IMG/VR virus record: IMGVR_UViG_3300027621_000003
Coordinates: 1-64,000 of that record
Reading direction: 5' to 3' (one strand)
Length of the DNA: 64,000 bases
Both the position numbers and the translations under genes were made by a program. The notes beneath the pieces were generated by a model. It was not told the origin of the DNA. It was given only the letters and a program-made list of their open reading frames with translations, and did not search any database. Positions 36,101-44,896 of this stretch are shown piece by piece (position 1 is the stretch's first letter; every line of letters starts with the position of its first letter).

Positions 36101-36855
36101 GTATACATAAACGGTACGGCAAACAAAGCACCAACTTGTGTTTCCGCTAAAATTGTATATTTGTAAGAATAAAATTTTAAACTAATTCTATAGTTTCCAG
36201 TATTACCTTCAAACGCCGCAGAAAAATTAGTTAAAATAAGTTGATATCTAATTGCTTTACCATAATACCCTTTTAATGTTAAATAAAATGTTGGATACGG
36301 TAAGTTAAAGAAGCAGGCATATTCTGAGTTTTCACCTTTTTCAAATAATGCTCTTCCTTGAACATCAATTAACACAACTTCAACTGTTGGTGTTAAACTT
36401 CTTGTGTTTTTAATTCTTATACTTTCAATACCTAATAAACCAGTATCTTCACTGTTAATTGTGTTTTGTTTAATATAAAAATCGTCACTTTTGTTTTGTT
36501 GTTGTACATTGGTTTTACTTGGTTGGTTTGTACCTTTACCATCAACAGTGTTTAAACCAGTAATTTCATTTAGATAATTGTTATTCAGTGTTGTTTTTCC
36601 ACCAGGTCTTAAAAAGTTAATTGATGCGATTGGTGTTGTTTGTACTGCATCTGTAAGAGCGGAACCAACGGCTAATTTTGTTCTTGGTAACATTTTTGCT
36701 TCCAAGTTGGCATACATAACAAGGTCTTCATGATGTATTGGTCTATCCATTGGTTGACCAAGACTATTCTCAACCTTATTTGGGTCAATTAAAAATATAT
36801 TATCATAATCGGATTCAATGTAGATATTGTCCGTTGTACCAAAATTATCTGCCAT
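30166..36855 (-). CDS. Very large baseplate hub protein (gp27 / late-control-D-like)
   Basis: 2229 aa; N-terminal LGIESIRI...VEVVLIDVQG and late YECRVESMGNMMIQPTMYFNL...GPYMIQSVEHTIS...KTFFSGVR, typical hub beta-barrel ends. Confidence 0.7.
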   Translation of the reverse strand: MADNFGTTDNIYIESDYDNIFLIDPNKVENSLGQPMDRPIHHEDLVMYANLEAKMLPRTKLAVGSALTDAVQTTPIASINFLRPGGKTTLNNNYLNEITGLNTVDGKGTNQPSKTNVQQQNKSDDFYIKQNTINSEDTGLLGIESIRIKNTRSLTPTVEVVLIDVQGRALFEKGENSEYACFFNLPYPTFYLTLKGYYGKAIRYQLILTNFSAAFEGNTGNYRISLKFYSYKYTILAETQVGALFAVPFMYTTDYRINNTAPNSPGVNAAQTSNGNPDVTTSSVRVTKGGQTIRDVYKRYKALGLISPNLPELSFPELKARLEALEKNLQQSFGQTDFTPLSDCDTYFKLLTSLRDSVLSTDDTSWSKKYLDQEKIFVLDPSVVGGKNGVLTYIYNNNTRANLQLQVNAYSQLKQLVDGYKVDLAKNKTLSDPGTFTIDGKKQTSKVTKINNLTIQPTIIPSALQTSLQTGFSVREVVGLVGSNKVMGDVTNDSSNLVGSDSVRKSISENDINWAETFKIRYKREALSTAEISGLTASESIFFRTFSNDTGNSFIPPTYNFVFDGPGNFSDILDKTFEDLSQQKEKIVLALNEFLSKKIEGNDGLGFKPTMRNIMAMIFASVEAFYRLMDDVHSQAWSQRLNPIRKNAVFDNTKSSVSTDSKDLVQQTDQNALKDIPVYPWPQYFVETNNPDGERFELRYPGDPSEISKTRANDYKVWPEVQFVEEYMKGLAQRASINMGPNGSNNEANVISRITVNGIEFPTTNIPYSDYDSVKFIYEIYERVLLASYWDRLSTSGAKQLSVYNTLSDLEVSNIRTALASTSPSLTKILKNFAFTPQGFPLALKSISNDGTGLSWQQFTRGEFTSEYLRAITENDYAILNSSFIKSKPTTNKNIQSLTNISNYIKSTLSTQTNIMDVYPFVITDWQNENLAGVKTSKGNVFDTTKSLFLNDTQRYITNYESADSLNNNRPFVNNCFIKTLTTPKPILSVGGSGNLTGVAPTGTLAAFNQFYKERRLNNSFLVTEGPINYQAKTGNVDAFQTTSMLNTPFFINALQDGVDKDRNNTNTTPYVLPAYLFLNSLPLATLREKYKNITTEGFTDLDYIFTTLTKFGGVHKLPYAWIIKYGSIWHRYKTYVETNVDILDSVWKNVNVANLYDPDGSSLQKQYTFTSTNENYNIVAQDTISQPPLVLSQVQMNLGFYPKIINDTYFLVTGQELLTGYTNTDIQTAISQGLVVGAIPNAQISTQAGYSSTPNQVLKFNNFFTTFETQNSPKFKSNQQYKTLLMPSFGTIYNQVIGECFTETITGLIQTQEVQNNKAVFNGSVRPFWAAPNFGYFELSSITKPGPNEYMKEVYPNLEIQDVVKFGQTYSKIDDVFGTFKTEILDSFETEFLNFCKSFTDLTSEDLSDSSYANRNFQGLMSQMLLVPTITLTSTLDNYVVDCGNAQLTQANTVIQSFVNYDVVFKYGNPSNFNRRVFGTFTTLNTTNYNKVVDPYPYNAYVQNSVPVTNGAATQITLLQSKAAYPNAWIAMETYVGFATTTGLTYSNSGSYYTDFFPTLNVEFTEGNVKNFAPLIKIFGTQKSLNNGIYTKTDFITAINDFYTNNDEYLNYVLGELMFVLRKELPDYVETTEKPILSAIDGMQPKVELYEAFKSFNDKWIAGSEFKDKTLYQDVMFLDRANRDIGDKVLVDVFKLKDFFSGTTSLDARIIDFVSRIIADNQFQMMPLPAYMNFWGAGEVTQGVKPKEERANDLANSLFGTFLDVDYRESQPKFVCYYAGKPSEHLDMRENADYRWRTDAFDLSRNSDNPLISELKSTKTDWAQSNKVVGFNVDFGIRNQSVFYSIQLDQNNAAATTEANRVISDMSNQAGGRRTNTQNVSLYNLYKNRSYECRVESMGNMMIQPTMYFNLRNVPMFRGPYMIQSVEHTISAGDFKTFFSGVRMPIYSLPLITKQLVSINANLLGQLVQILKRQKETEVASTQPTVNVITIGNSVQTNVIYSSAFQSQCQADMLSTNPKYQKFLGIENTQQSISFADLAKIIRDNVTLGPARAMVLYTAYVNGHDDNSVYTYNHDLGNTILGGGSFPQQISYGGREKYFQKQFGCKTNQNGYAQPSAVFTTGTSGESFTNSVKFINDYYLNEQVLSKSLLFAPLFTTGNTGSLVWDTKESYVENMYTVWIKYWPQKRFQTDDQYTQWLKSNKNMADTFRTSAENVVELLSKYKLVNFK

Positions 36856-37165
36856 AATAGAAGAAATAGTTGTCTAAACCATTTTTATAGTCTTGTAATG
36901 AAGATATGAGTGGATATGGAATTGTCAATATAGCATTATTTGGAATATTCCATTCTAATCCACCATATTCAGGATTGCCTTGTAATATTAACCAACCAAA
37001 AAAAGGTGTTCCATAATATTGTTGGGATACTTTGTCTAACCTACTAAATCCAGTTCTGTAGATATATCTTTGGTCAGATGATTTTGACTGTAGTGGAATA
37101 AATGGAACCACAGTTTGTTCACCATTAATTGAAAATTGTTGATATCGGTTGTAATAAGCATCCAT
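36845..37165 (-). CDS. LysM-like baseplate wedge protein (T4 gp53 / P2 gpX-like)
   Basis: RLDKVSQQYYGTPFFGWLILQGNP...LTIP. Confidence 0.8.
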   Translation of the reverse strand: MDAYYNRYQQFSINGEQTVVPFIPLQSKSSDQRYIYRTGFSRLDKVSQQYYGTPFFGWLILQGNPEYGGLEWNIPNNAILTIPYPLISSLQDYKNGLDNYFFYYGR

Positions 37166-40100
37166 TAATTAAATTTTTTCTTGAAGTTATATGGGTTTAT
37201 GCTTGAACTATCGTTTTTATTTGCGTAAAGATTTTGTAATTGTTTTTTAAGGTCTTCAGATGCTGCGCTATCTTCACTAAAATCAACAACTCTTTTTTGT
37301 GTTGTACCAAATGGTGGTGTATAATCAACATAATTTTTACCAGTGGTGTTTGTTTGGAATGTTGTCATTAAAGCAAGACCTGTTTGATTTAATTTTGGCC
37401 ATTGTACATATAATGAATTTGGACCTGAAAAATAATATGATTCAACTGCGAATTTGGTATAAACGTCTAACCCTTCTTGTAGTGCGTTTAAGAAATTATC
37501 TTTTGCTGATTCAATTGTTATGGCTCTTGACATTAATAAATATTCTCTTGTTTTTTCTGGTGTTGATAAAAATTCATATCCTGTTGGTGGTGTAAAAACG
37601 CCAGGTTCATTTGGTTTATAGGAACTAGTTACATATAATTGTGCTGCGGTTAAATCAGTTAAAAATTGATTGTTATTAGTTGCTATAGAAGTATAATCAT
37701 TTCTAAGGGATGTTAAAGTATCTATTGGAGTTCCATTAACAGTTTCTGTTTGACCCGTTGTTATATAAATAATTGCAATATTTTTATCATTTAATTTACC
37801 GTCATGTCCTGTTGTAGTTCCACTAGCAACAAAATTCATTCTATCAACATTATAAACATAATCTTGTTGTAGTTCTGTTAAAGTATTTACATCAGAGGTA
37901 ATTGTATTTAAAAAACTACTTCTGTAAGTTTTAACAAAATTTGAATAGTTTTTCTTGAACAATCTTTTTTGAGCCGTTGTAATTACAGATTTTGTAAATT
38001 CACCTGATGTGAATATTGGTAAGTTATCATCGTCAACATCTTTTAACAATGCTTTAAATGCTTCGTCAACATATTTTTGAGTATTAATTGGTTTACCATA
38101 AATTAAAGTAGTTGTTGATGTTGCGGAATTAAATGAACCCGTGTTATATCCTTGATTATCACCACCATAATTTAATATTGCCAACATACCATAATTATAG
38201 TTTAATAAAGCACTATTCATGGTATTCATAACACCATTATAATACGCTTTAGTTTTATCAACAAATTTGTTGGTAAATGTTGCATATTCAATAGTTCCTG
38301 TTTGTCCACTATCCGTTAAACCCGTAAATGTTGAAACACCAATAGTATTTCCACCATCATTTGTTTTATCATTTTGAATGTTGGCGACACCAACAGTTGG
38401 TGGATTTTGAGTTAACGCTTGGATAATTTGTTTATCAAGTTTACTTGTATCTTCAGTTGCTTCGGCTCTTTCATCATACATCTCAGTATTAGCATAATAG
38501 TTGAATGATAATGCGTTTTGTAATGTATCAATTGGTGCCGCCAATCCTGAACCTCCAACAAAATTAAAACTTAAATTGACATCAACAATCATAGGTTGGA
38601 AACCAATACCTTCAGGGTTCATATCAAATGTTTTATCATATGTAAAACTTAAAGATGTTGGAACAATTTTAGTGTTATAAAAATCTCCAATACGTAATAC
38701 CATGATTGGTGGTGCTCCAAACGATGTGTTTAACGCATCATTATAAAGTTTTTCACCATTGGTACCAATTGTTGGGATTGTTTCACCAGGTCTCATACAT
38801 TGTTGTAGGAAAGTTAAACGTGAGTTAAGTCCCTCAGGCGTTGTTGAGTGAAATGCTGGTTGGAAATATTTAATTTTTTCTTTAATTGAATCATAAATAA
38901 ATGGATTTTCAGCCTTTAAAACTTCAAAATAATCACACTCATTTAACAAATATCTTAATAATTTTTTGGAAGCTCCTTTATATAAATCTTTTTGTGGTTG
39001 TTGATTTACAACAGTATTAGTTTGACCTGGTTTTTGTCCTGTGTTTGGTTTTCCAGCGGCGTTGTTTGCTGCACTATTTTCAGCGGCTGTTGAGCTTGGT
39101 TCTGAGTTCTTTTCAATTGGTTTAATTTCAACATTTTTTAATAATACTGCTCTACAAGCCATTGCTCTTGTTGTATACTTTTCATTATTAAGAGCTTCGT
39201 CTTTACAATCGTAAGTACTGTAACTTTGTTTACCTCTTGGGGTTACACTTGCAACTTCACCTTTTGCAATAGTATTGAATACTAATGTTGAACCAATAAA
39301 TTGACCTAACGAATTATTATTCGCACCAAAACTATAAGTTTTAAAGAATTCAACTACAGATTCACCTCTTCTAACAGACAACTTATCGTTATAATCAATA
39401 GATGACGATGGTGATGCACTTGCCTCCAAAGTAACTAAAATACTAGAAGCTTGTTTTTGACTCAAAATATTATACATTTTTTGAGCCATTTCTTTTAATC
39501 TTGTATAGTTTTCTTCAATAACACCATCAAAAAATTGGGTTGTAACCTGTTTGTCTTTTGAGTTGTTATTATATACTTGTTTATTAGACGCTGATGTATA
39601 GTTAGCGTATGTTGTTTGAAAAGCCACTGATGTTGGGCTTGGTATATCATTATCAAAATAAAACCCAAAACCATTATATTCGTTTAATGTTGGGTTTCCT
39701 GTAGCATCATCTGTTGTTCCCCCATCCTGTAATGAGTTTGTGGCTACGGAATTGGTTGCTTTTGAAGCATCAACAATATCTGTATTTGTTGCGTTTGGAT
39801 TAGTAATTATTTCTTGCCAAGCCTGTAAATCAGTTAATGGAACTGTGTTATAAATTTTAGCAAGTTCATATAAATCATATTTTTTACAACCAGCAAAAAA
39901 CGAATCAACAATAGAATCTACTTTTTGTCTATCACCTTCATTTGCTAACACCTTATTAACAATAAGATTTAGAATTGACGGATGGTCAACAATCATCTTC
40001 CATTTCAATGTACCACTACGAGAAGTGTTTTTATAGGTATAAATTGGTTCGGGTCTACCCAAGAAGGTAGTCTCGTTAAATGATGGTCTTGTATCCTCAG

Positions 40101-42024
40101 TAAATGATAAATCATATGGTGGAAACCACATTACTCTACCACCATTAGGTCCTTTTTCACAAGCGGGTAAATCATCAACTCTATATCCCGCTCTATATCC
40201 TGTTCTCCAAGCCAAGTTTTCAATTGAGAACATGTATTTTTTAACTTTACCATTAACAACACTATCTCCACCTTTTTCAGGTGCGATATTAATGTTGAAA
40301 GTAGAGTCCATTACGGAGTATGAAAACTTACGAATATTTCCGTCTTTCTTTTGTAAGTTGTTAAAAGTATAATATGGTGTGTCTTTAGTAAAAACACGAC
40401 AATATTCAATACCCACATTGGCTTGTCCATCAGAATATCTAACAATCTGAGAACCTTTTGTAATTTCTTTATAACCATCAAAGAAAACTTTTGATGTTTG
40501 ACTAATTGCGTTACCTACGTGTCCAAATCTGGCTCCTGAATTTGGTTGTGAATCAATTAATCTTTGAGTATCATCTAAAATTGAACCTGGTTTGAATTCA
40601 TAGTTTACTGATTCAGTTGCTGTAAATTGATTTGATATTGATGGATATGCCGGGTCTTCTGTTCCGTAATCTCCACCAGGTTTTTGATACCTACCTGCGT
40701 TTGGTGCCCATTTTTGACTCACCCAACTAAAACCACCAACAATACTGCCGTCATCAACAAATGGTTTACCAGCCAAACCAAATTTAAAGTCTTTGTCAAC
40801 ACCTTCATATTCTTTCCCTAAAACATCAGGACCATAAACAGGTGCCAATACTTGAGCCCCAAATGGGTCAATAGGTACTTGACCTGGAGGAGATGTTAAA
40901 TATCCGGGTTCCCTTTCAGGACTACCCACATAATAAGTTCCTTGACTGGCGTTGTTAGCAATTGCACCTGTAATTGCGTTTCCAAGTGCCGATAAAATTC
41001 CTGTTCCACCTGTATTGTATTGTGGACGGAATCTGTTCATATCTAAGTTCTGAGTCAATTGAGCTCTTTGACCTGAACCTGTATAATCTAAAAATACTTG
41101 AGATGGTGATGTTGGTCTTGAACCAAATAAACCAAATAATCCACCTCGTTTTCCATTACCAGCCGCCTTAACCGCCGATTGGGTTGAGTTGATATCACGA
41201 GCTTCGTAATAACTTCCCGGTATTGGTGAAAATGGTAATGTAAAACCAGCAATACGTTGGACAATATCTTGACCTTGTGATAAAATATTTCCACCACCTG
41301 ATGTAATTTTCCAATCTCTATAAATTAAAGGTTTTTTTCCTGCTAAGATTAAAGATAAATTAACGGGGTCTTGAACACCATTTAATATATTTACTCTACC
41401 TAGTGTCTCAGTTCTAACATTTTGGTCTACTCTATATTGAAAAGATTGCTTTGCTCCTTTAATACCTAATCTAGCCAATTCTGAATCATCACTAGCGGGG
41501 CCATTATCACCAACGGGGTCGGCTTGTAATAAAACTGAAAATGGTGAATATGATGATGGTCTAAAACTTGGTGGGTCCCAATAAGTGGCGTTTTTCTGTA
41601 CTTTAATAACATCACCCATGTCATAATAGGTGTATTGGTTTCCTGGCGAATAAACATTTTTAATGTATTGTCTTTTTTGGAACGATACTGAGTATAATTG
41701 TAATGCTTCGGTATATGGTGGTGTTTGAGTATAAGGACCTTGGTTTGATAATGTTTGTTGTGTATTAATTAAACCATCAATATTTTTATTATACCCACCT
41801 AAAGGACCAAACGTATTGTTTGTATATAATTTGTCGGCATATGGGTCAGCATCAATTAATGCATCAGGAGAATCAATAACCGAATAATCACTTCTAATAT
41901 ATTCATCAACACCCGATACACCTACAGGAGTATACACACCAGGTTTCGCATAAGGTTTTAAATTCCTTACCAATAATGAATTTCTTACGAATTGTGTTTC
42001 AATAAAGGTTAATTTACTTGGCAT
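37165..42024 (-). CDS. Tail tube initiator-like protein (gp48/gp54-like) with inserted OmpA-like domain
   Basis: FLGRPEPIYTYKNTSRSGTL and PPIMVLRIGDF...VDVNLSF tube-fold halves flank FYFDND...ASAS...YNDKLSVRRGESV...RAMACRAV. Confidence 0.65.
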   Translation of the reverse strand: MPSKLTFIETQFVRNSLLVRNLKPYAKPGVYTPVGVSGVDEYIRSDYSVIDSPDALIDADPYADKLYTNNTFGPLGGYNKNIDGLINTQQTLSNQGPYTQTPPYTEALQLYSVSFQKRQYIKNVYSPGNQYTYYDMGDVIKVQKNATYWDPPSFRPSSYSPFSVLLQADPVGDNGPASDDSELARLGIKGAKQSFQYRVDQNVRTETLGRVNILNGVQDPVNLSLILAGKKPLIYRDWKITSGGGNILSQGQDIVQRIAGFTLPFSPIPGSYYEARDINSTQSAVKAAGNGKRGGLFGLFGSRPTSPSQVFLDYTGSGQRAQLTQNLDMNRFRPQYNTGGTGILSALGNAITGAIANNASQGTYYVGSPEREPGYLTSPPGQVPIDPFGAQVLAPVYGPDVLGKEYEGVDKDFKFGLAGKPFVDDGSIVGGFSWVSQKWAPNAGRYQKPGGDYGTEDPAYPSISNQFTATESVNYEFKPGSILDDTQRLIDSQPNSGARFGHVGNAISQTSKVFFDGYKEITKGSQIVRYSDGQANVGIEYCRVFTKDTPYYTFNNLQKKDGNIRKFSYSVMDSTFNINIAPEKGGDSVVNGKVKKYMFSIENLAWRTGYRAGYRVDDLPACEKGPNGGRVMWFPPYDLSFTEDTRPSFNETTFLGRPEPIYTYKNTSRSGTLKWKMIVDHPSILNLIVNKVLANEGDRQKVDSIVDSFFAGCKKYDLYELAKIYNTVPLTDLQAWQEIITNPNATNTDIVDASKATNSVATNSLQDGGTTDDATGNPTLNEYNGFGFYFDNDIPSPTSVAFQTTYANYTSASNKQVYNNNSKDKQVTTQFFDGVIEENYTRLKEMAQKMYNILSQKQASSILVTLEASASPSSSIDYNDKLSVRRGESVVEFFKTYSFGANNNSLGQFIGSTLVFNTIAKGEVASVTPRGKQSYSTYDCKDEALNNEKYTTRAMACRAVLLKNVEIKPIEKNSEPSSTAAENSAANNAAGKPNTGQKPGQTNTVVNQQPQKDLYKGASKKLLRYLLNECDYFEVLKAENPFIYDSIKEKIKYFQPAFHSTTPEGLNSRLTFLQQCMRPGETIPTIGTNGEKLYNDALNTSFGAPPIMVLRIGDFYNTKIVPTSLSFTYDKTFDMNPEGIGFQPMIVDVNLSFNFVGGSGLAAPIDTLQNALSFNYYANTEMYDERAEATEDTSKLDKQIIQALTQNPPTVGVANIQNDKTNDGGNTIGVSTFTGLTDSGQTGTIEYATFTNKFVDKTKAYYNGVMNTMNSALLNYNYGMLAILNYGGDNQGYNTGSFNSATSTTTLIYGKPINTQKYVDEAFKALLKDVDDDNLPIFTSGEFTKSVITTAQKRLFKKNYSNFVKTYRSSFLNTITSDVNTLTELQQDYVYNVDRMNFVASGTTTGHDGKLNDKNIAIIYITTGQTETVNGTPIDTLTSLRNDYTSIATNNNQFLTDLTAAQLYVTSSYKPNEPGVFTPPTGYEFLSTPEKTREYLLMSRAITIESAKDNFLNALQEGLDVYTKFAVESYYFSGPNSLYVQWPKLNQTGLALMTTFQTNTTGKNYVDYTPPFGTTQKRVVDFSEDSAASEDLKKQLQNLYANKNDSSSINPYNFKKKFN

Positions 42025-42038
42025 GTTGTTGTATCATC

Positions 42039-42046
42039 TATAAATA
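42039..42046 (-). promoter_or_regulatory. TATTTATA putative late promoter (hub operon)
   Basis: 14 nt upstream of ATG 42024. Confidence 0.65.
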
Positions 42047-42072
42047 GACGCGCCTTTATTTTTTTATTTAAT

Positions 42073-43911
42073 TTATCCGGTGTTGTTTGGAACAGAACTA
42101 TATGGACCCTTGACACTACCATCACTAATCATTTTATTAATTTGTTTAATAAATGTTTCGTTTTTAAATAAATCATACACTTGGGTGTCAGTTAAATTAC
42201 TAGTATTTCCATTTGGTGTTGTAACTTTAATTTCAATCGCACCTTTATAATTAATATCTTCAACTTTTATTGTTTGATTATTTGATGATTGTGATTGGTT
42301 TGCGTCCGCTTTATTTGTCATTGTTCCTGATGCGGTGGCTTTTGCTGCCAATTTTTTAAGTCCCGTAACCGCCAAATCTGCTGCTTCAGCAATTTTATTT
42401 CCTGAACTAACATATGGTTGAATAGCGGCTTTAAAATCAATACTTGTGATTGATTGTTTTATGTTAGAAAAACTTTGTTGTACATCCGCACCAGCATTTT
42501 TAAAAACTTCAGCAATTTTCGCAGGACCTCCTTCCCCTTTTAATAAATCAAGAATACTTTTACCCGTCTCATCATAAAATTTATCAATAGATGCTATAGC
42601 CCCTCTTTGGTTTCCAATTGTTTTATCGGTTGCCGCCATTCCAACTTGTGTAACACCACGACCAAATTCTCTCAGTTCTCTTGGAGCTTTTGAACCCGCT
42701 ATTGGTGCTGCGACACTATCAACTAACCTATTTATAGCTGCAAGTTGTAACTTTTCAGTATCTAATTGAGCCTTTGCAATTTCTTCAACAGTAACGGTTT
42801 CTTGTGATTTTTTTATTTCATCAAGGTCCGCAGGATTAATTTCAGAAACCAATTTATCCATTCCCCCAACTTTAACTGTAAATCCACCCTTGTCTTTGTT
42901 ATATTCGGCTACATTAGCAATAAATTGTTTGGATTCTTCATCCATTGAGTTTGTTTTGAATTCGCCTCTAATTTTGTTCAACTTTTGTTGACCTACAGAC
43001 ATCTTAACTAATTCTTCATACGCAATACCAGTTTGCTTTGCAATCTCCCTTAAATCACGTTTTGCATTTGGAAAAACTTCAAATTGTTTTGTTTTTTCGT
43101 TAAAAAATGTAAATTTTTCGGTCATCTTAACAACTTGATTCTGTAGTTCTCCCGCATCTTCAGATGCTAAATACATTAATCTAAATGGGTCCGCTAAATC
43201 ACCAGCAGCAACACCTAACCTTTGGAAGGTTGATACCATATCAACAGCACCTTCAGGGTCAAATACACTCGCCGCAAAATCAAAAATTTGATTCATATTG
43301 ATACGTAATCCTGCCGCTTGTGCCGACATTTTAGCCAAACCAGCAACACCGTTTTCAAAACCAAATTTGTTTATATTACTTAAATTGTCTTGGACAAGTT
43401 TAAATACTGCACTTGTGTTAACACCAACTTTTCTTGCGGTATCAACAGTTAGTTGAATGTTTTCTTTGATTTTTCCTGTTTGAACTCCAGCGTCTTTGAA
43501 ATCAGCAACCATCTTACCAATTTCATTTGAGTCTATTCCAACTGCCTGTCCCGCAGCATATAAATCACCTACAGTTTCTCCAAGAGTTATTACATTTGTA
43601 TTTAAACTATCGGCAATTCCTCTTTGAATATTCTGTACATCTGTTAACCTTCCACCTAAACCTATAACCAATGGTGTCGCAACCGCTAATTCAACAGCTA
43701 AACCTTTAATGGCCATTTGGGTTTGACCAAAAGTTTTAGAAATGTCTGCCGACATTATATCAAATTCTCTTACTAAAAATTTGGTTCTATCTGCTAATTT
43801 AGAATAACCCTCATCAATTTTTTTTGTAAAATCACTGATAACATCTTGAGCCGCCTGTGAAGACGCTGTACTATTATTTGGGGGATTACCTGGTGGTGGA
43901 GATGCTTGCAT
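42073..43911 (-). CDS. Tape measure protein
   Basis: 612-aa Ala/Gly/Lys/Gln-rich helical protein directly after the tube and chaperone genes. Confidence 0.75.
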   Translation of the reverse strand: MQASPPPGNPPNNSTASSQAAQDVISDFTKKIDEGYSKLADRTKFLVREFDIMSADISKTFGQTQMAIKGLAVELAVATPLVIGLGGRLTDVQNIQRGIADSLNTNVITLGETVGDLYAAGQAVGIDSNEIGKMVADFKDAGVQTGKIKENIQLTVDTARKVGVNTSAVFKLVQDNLSNINKFGFENGVAGLAKMSAQAAGLRINMNQIFDFAASVFDPEGAVDMVSTFQRLGVAAGDLADPFRLMYLASEDAGELQNQVVKMTEKFTFFNEKTKQFEVFPNAKRDLREIAKQTGIAYEELVKMSVGQQKLNKIRGEFKTNSMDEESKQFIANVAEYNKDKGGFTVKVGGMDKLVSEINPADLDEIKKSQETVTVEEIAKAQLDTEKLQLAAINRLVDSVAAPIAGSKAPRELREFGRGVTQVGMAATDKTIGNQRGAIASIDKFYDETGKSILDLLKGEGGPAKIAEVFKNAGADVQQSFSNIKQSITSIDFKAAIQPYVSSGNKIAEAADLAVTGLKKLAAKATASGTMTNKADANQSQSSNNQTIKVEDINYKGAIEIKVTTPNGNTSNLTDTQVYDLFKNETFIKQINKMISDGSVKGPYSSVPNNTG

Positions 43912-43933
43912 ATTCTAATAAATAGAATAAAAC

Positions 43934-44084
43934 TTATTTTTGATAAGATTCTATTAATTTGTCCACCATATACCTACGAGCATATGTTGGCATTTTTTGA
44001 AAATCTGTCCAAGACATATGTAAATCTCGGCTCAGAATAAAAAATTCGTCTAATTGAAATTTCCTATATTCAGAAGAAAACCCG
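43934..44084 (-). CDS. Tail assembly chaperone C-terminal extension (frameshift product, lambda gpGT-like)
   Basis: Overlapping +1-frame ORF (GFSSEYRKFQLDEFFILSRDLHMSWTDFQKMPTYARRY...) without a good start of its own, between chaperone and tape measure. Confidence 0.65.
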
Positions 44085-44819
44085 AAAAAACTCCACCCCA
44101 AAGGCGATTTCAACATCTACCTTGTTTCCTGACGGGGCTATAACTGTTTTAGTTAAATCTAATCTTGGTTCATTTTCATCAATAAATTTTCTAATGAATT
44201 TTGAATCCATAATTGGTAATCCTTCAACAAACTTAATAATAGTTGACTGTGTTGTGTCACCATTAACAGATACAATTTGTTTTTGAAGTTTCATTGTAAC
44301 TCTTGGAGCGACTCTTCCAGCGGGATATGAATCAGCCACCTTACTAATTTCTTGAATTTCTTTATATAGAAGTGGTTTTAATTTAACGGTTGCTTGTGAC
44401 TTTGGTAAAACAACATCAAAAGTACCATCTTCGTTGGGGTCTGTAGATGGTTTTCTAAAATCTAATTCGTCCAACAATATATCGGCAGAAAATCTTTTTC
44501 CAGTCTCAGGGTCGTTAATACTGATTTTATATTCAGGTCCAAAAGAAGTATTTCTTAAAAATATTAAAATTGCTTCAATATCTCCATTTAACATTTCATC
44601 AGGTTTTAAATCTGGTTCGTACAATTTTGAACGAACTAATGTCATAATCATATCATCGGTATTTGAACCCATAATGATATTCTCATCTGCGGCGGTCAAA
44701 TAACCAACCTTAACAGATTTTTTCTTTGATTTGTAGAATTTACCTTCAGATGGTAATTTTACCACATCGTGTGGTAAATTAAATTCTTGTTGTGCGTATT
44801 GTAATAAATTTTCGTCCAT
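44070..44819 (-). CDS. Tail assembly chaperone / T4 gp26-like hub assembly protein
   Basis: VKLPSEGKFY, LTAADENII, GDIEAILIFLRNTSFG, VVLPKS; sits between tube and tape measure genes. Confidence 0.75.
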   Translation of the reverse strand: MDENLLQYAQQEFNLPHDVVKLPSEGKFYKSKKKSVKVGYLTAADENIIMGSNTDDMIMTLVRSKLYEPDLKPDEMLNGDIEAILIFLRNTSFGPEYKISINDPETGKRFSADILLDELDFRKPSTDPNEDGTFDVVLPKSQATVKLKPLLYKEIQEISKVADSYPAGRVAPRVTMKLQKQIVSVNGDTTQSTIIKFVEGLPIMDSKFIRKFIDENEPRLDLTKTVIAPSGNKVDVEIAFGVEFFRVFF

Positions 44820-44848
44820 AAAAAAACACAGGGAATAGACCCTGTGTT
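44820..44848 (-). terminator. Intrinsic terminator-like hairpin after the tube gene
   Basis: AACACAGGG-TCTATT-CCCTGTGTT followed by a T-run that abuts the chaperone ATG. Confidence 0.65.
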
Positions 44849-44896
44849 AAATATACCATATTAAATTAATTTATCAATATAAAATAAAATACAAAA

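Noticed and set aside
44082-44091. Classical -1 frameshift at the T-run
   Set aside because: The downstream ORF is in the +1/-2 frame, not the -1 frame.
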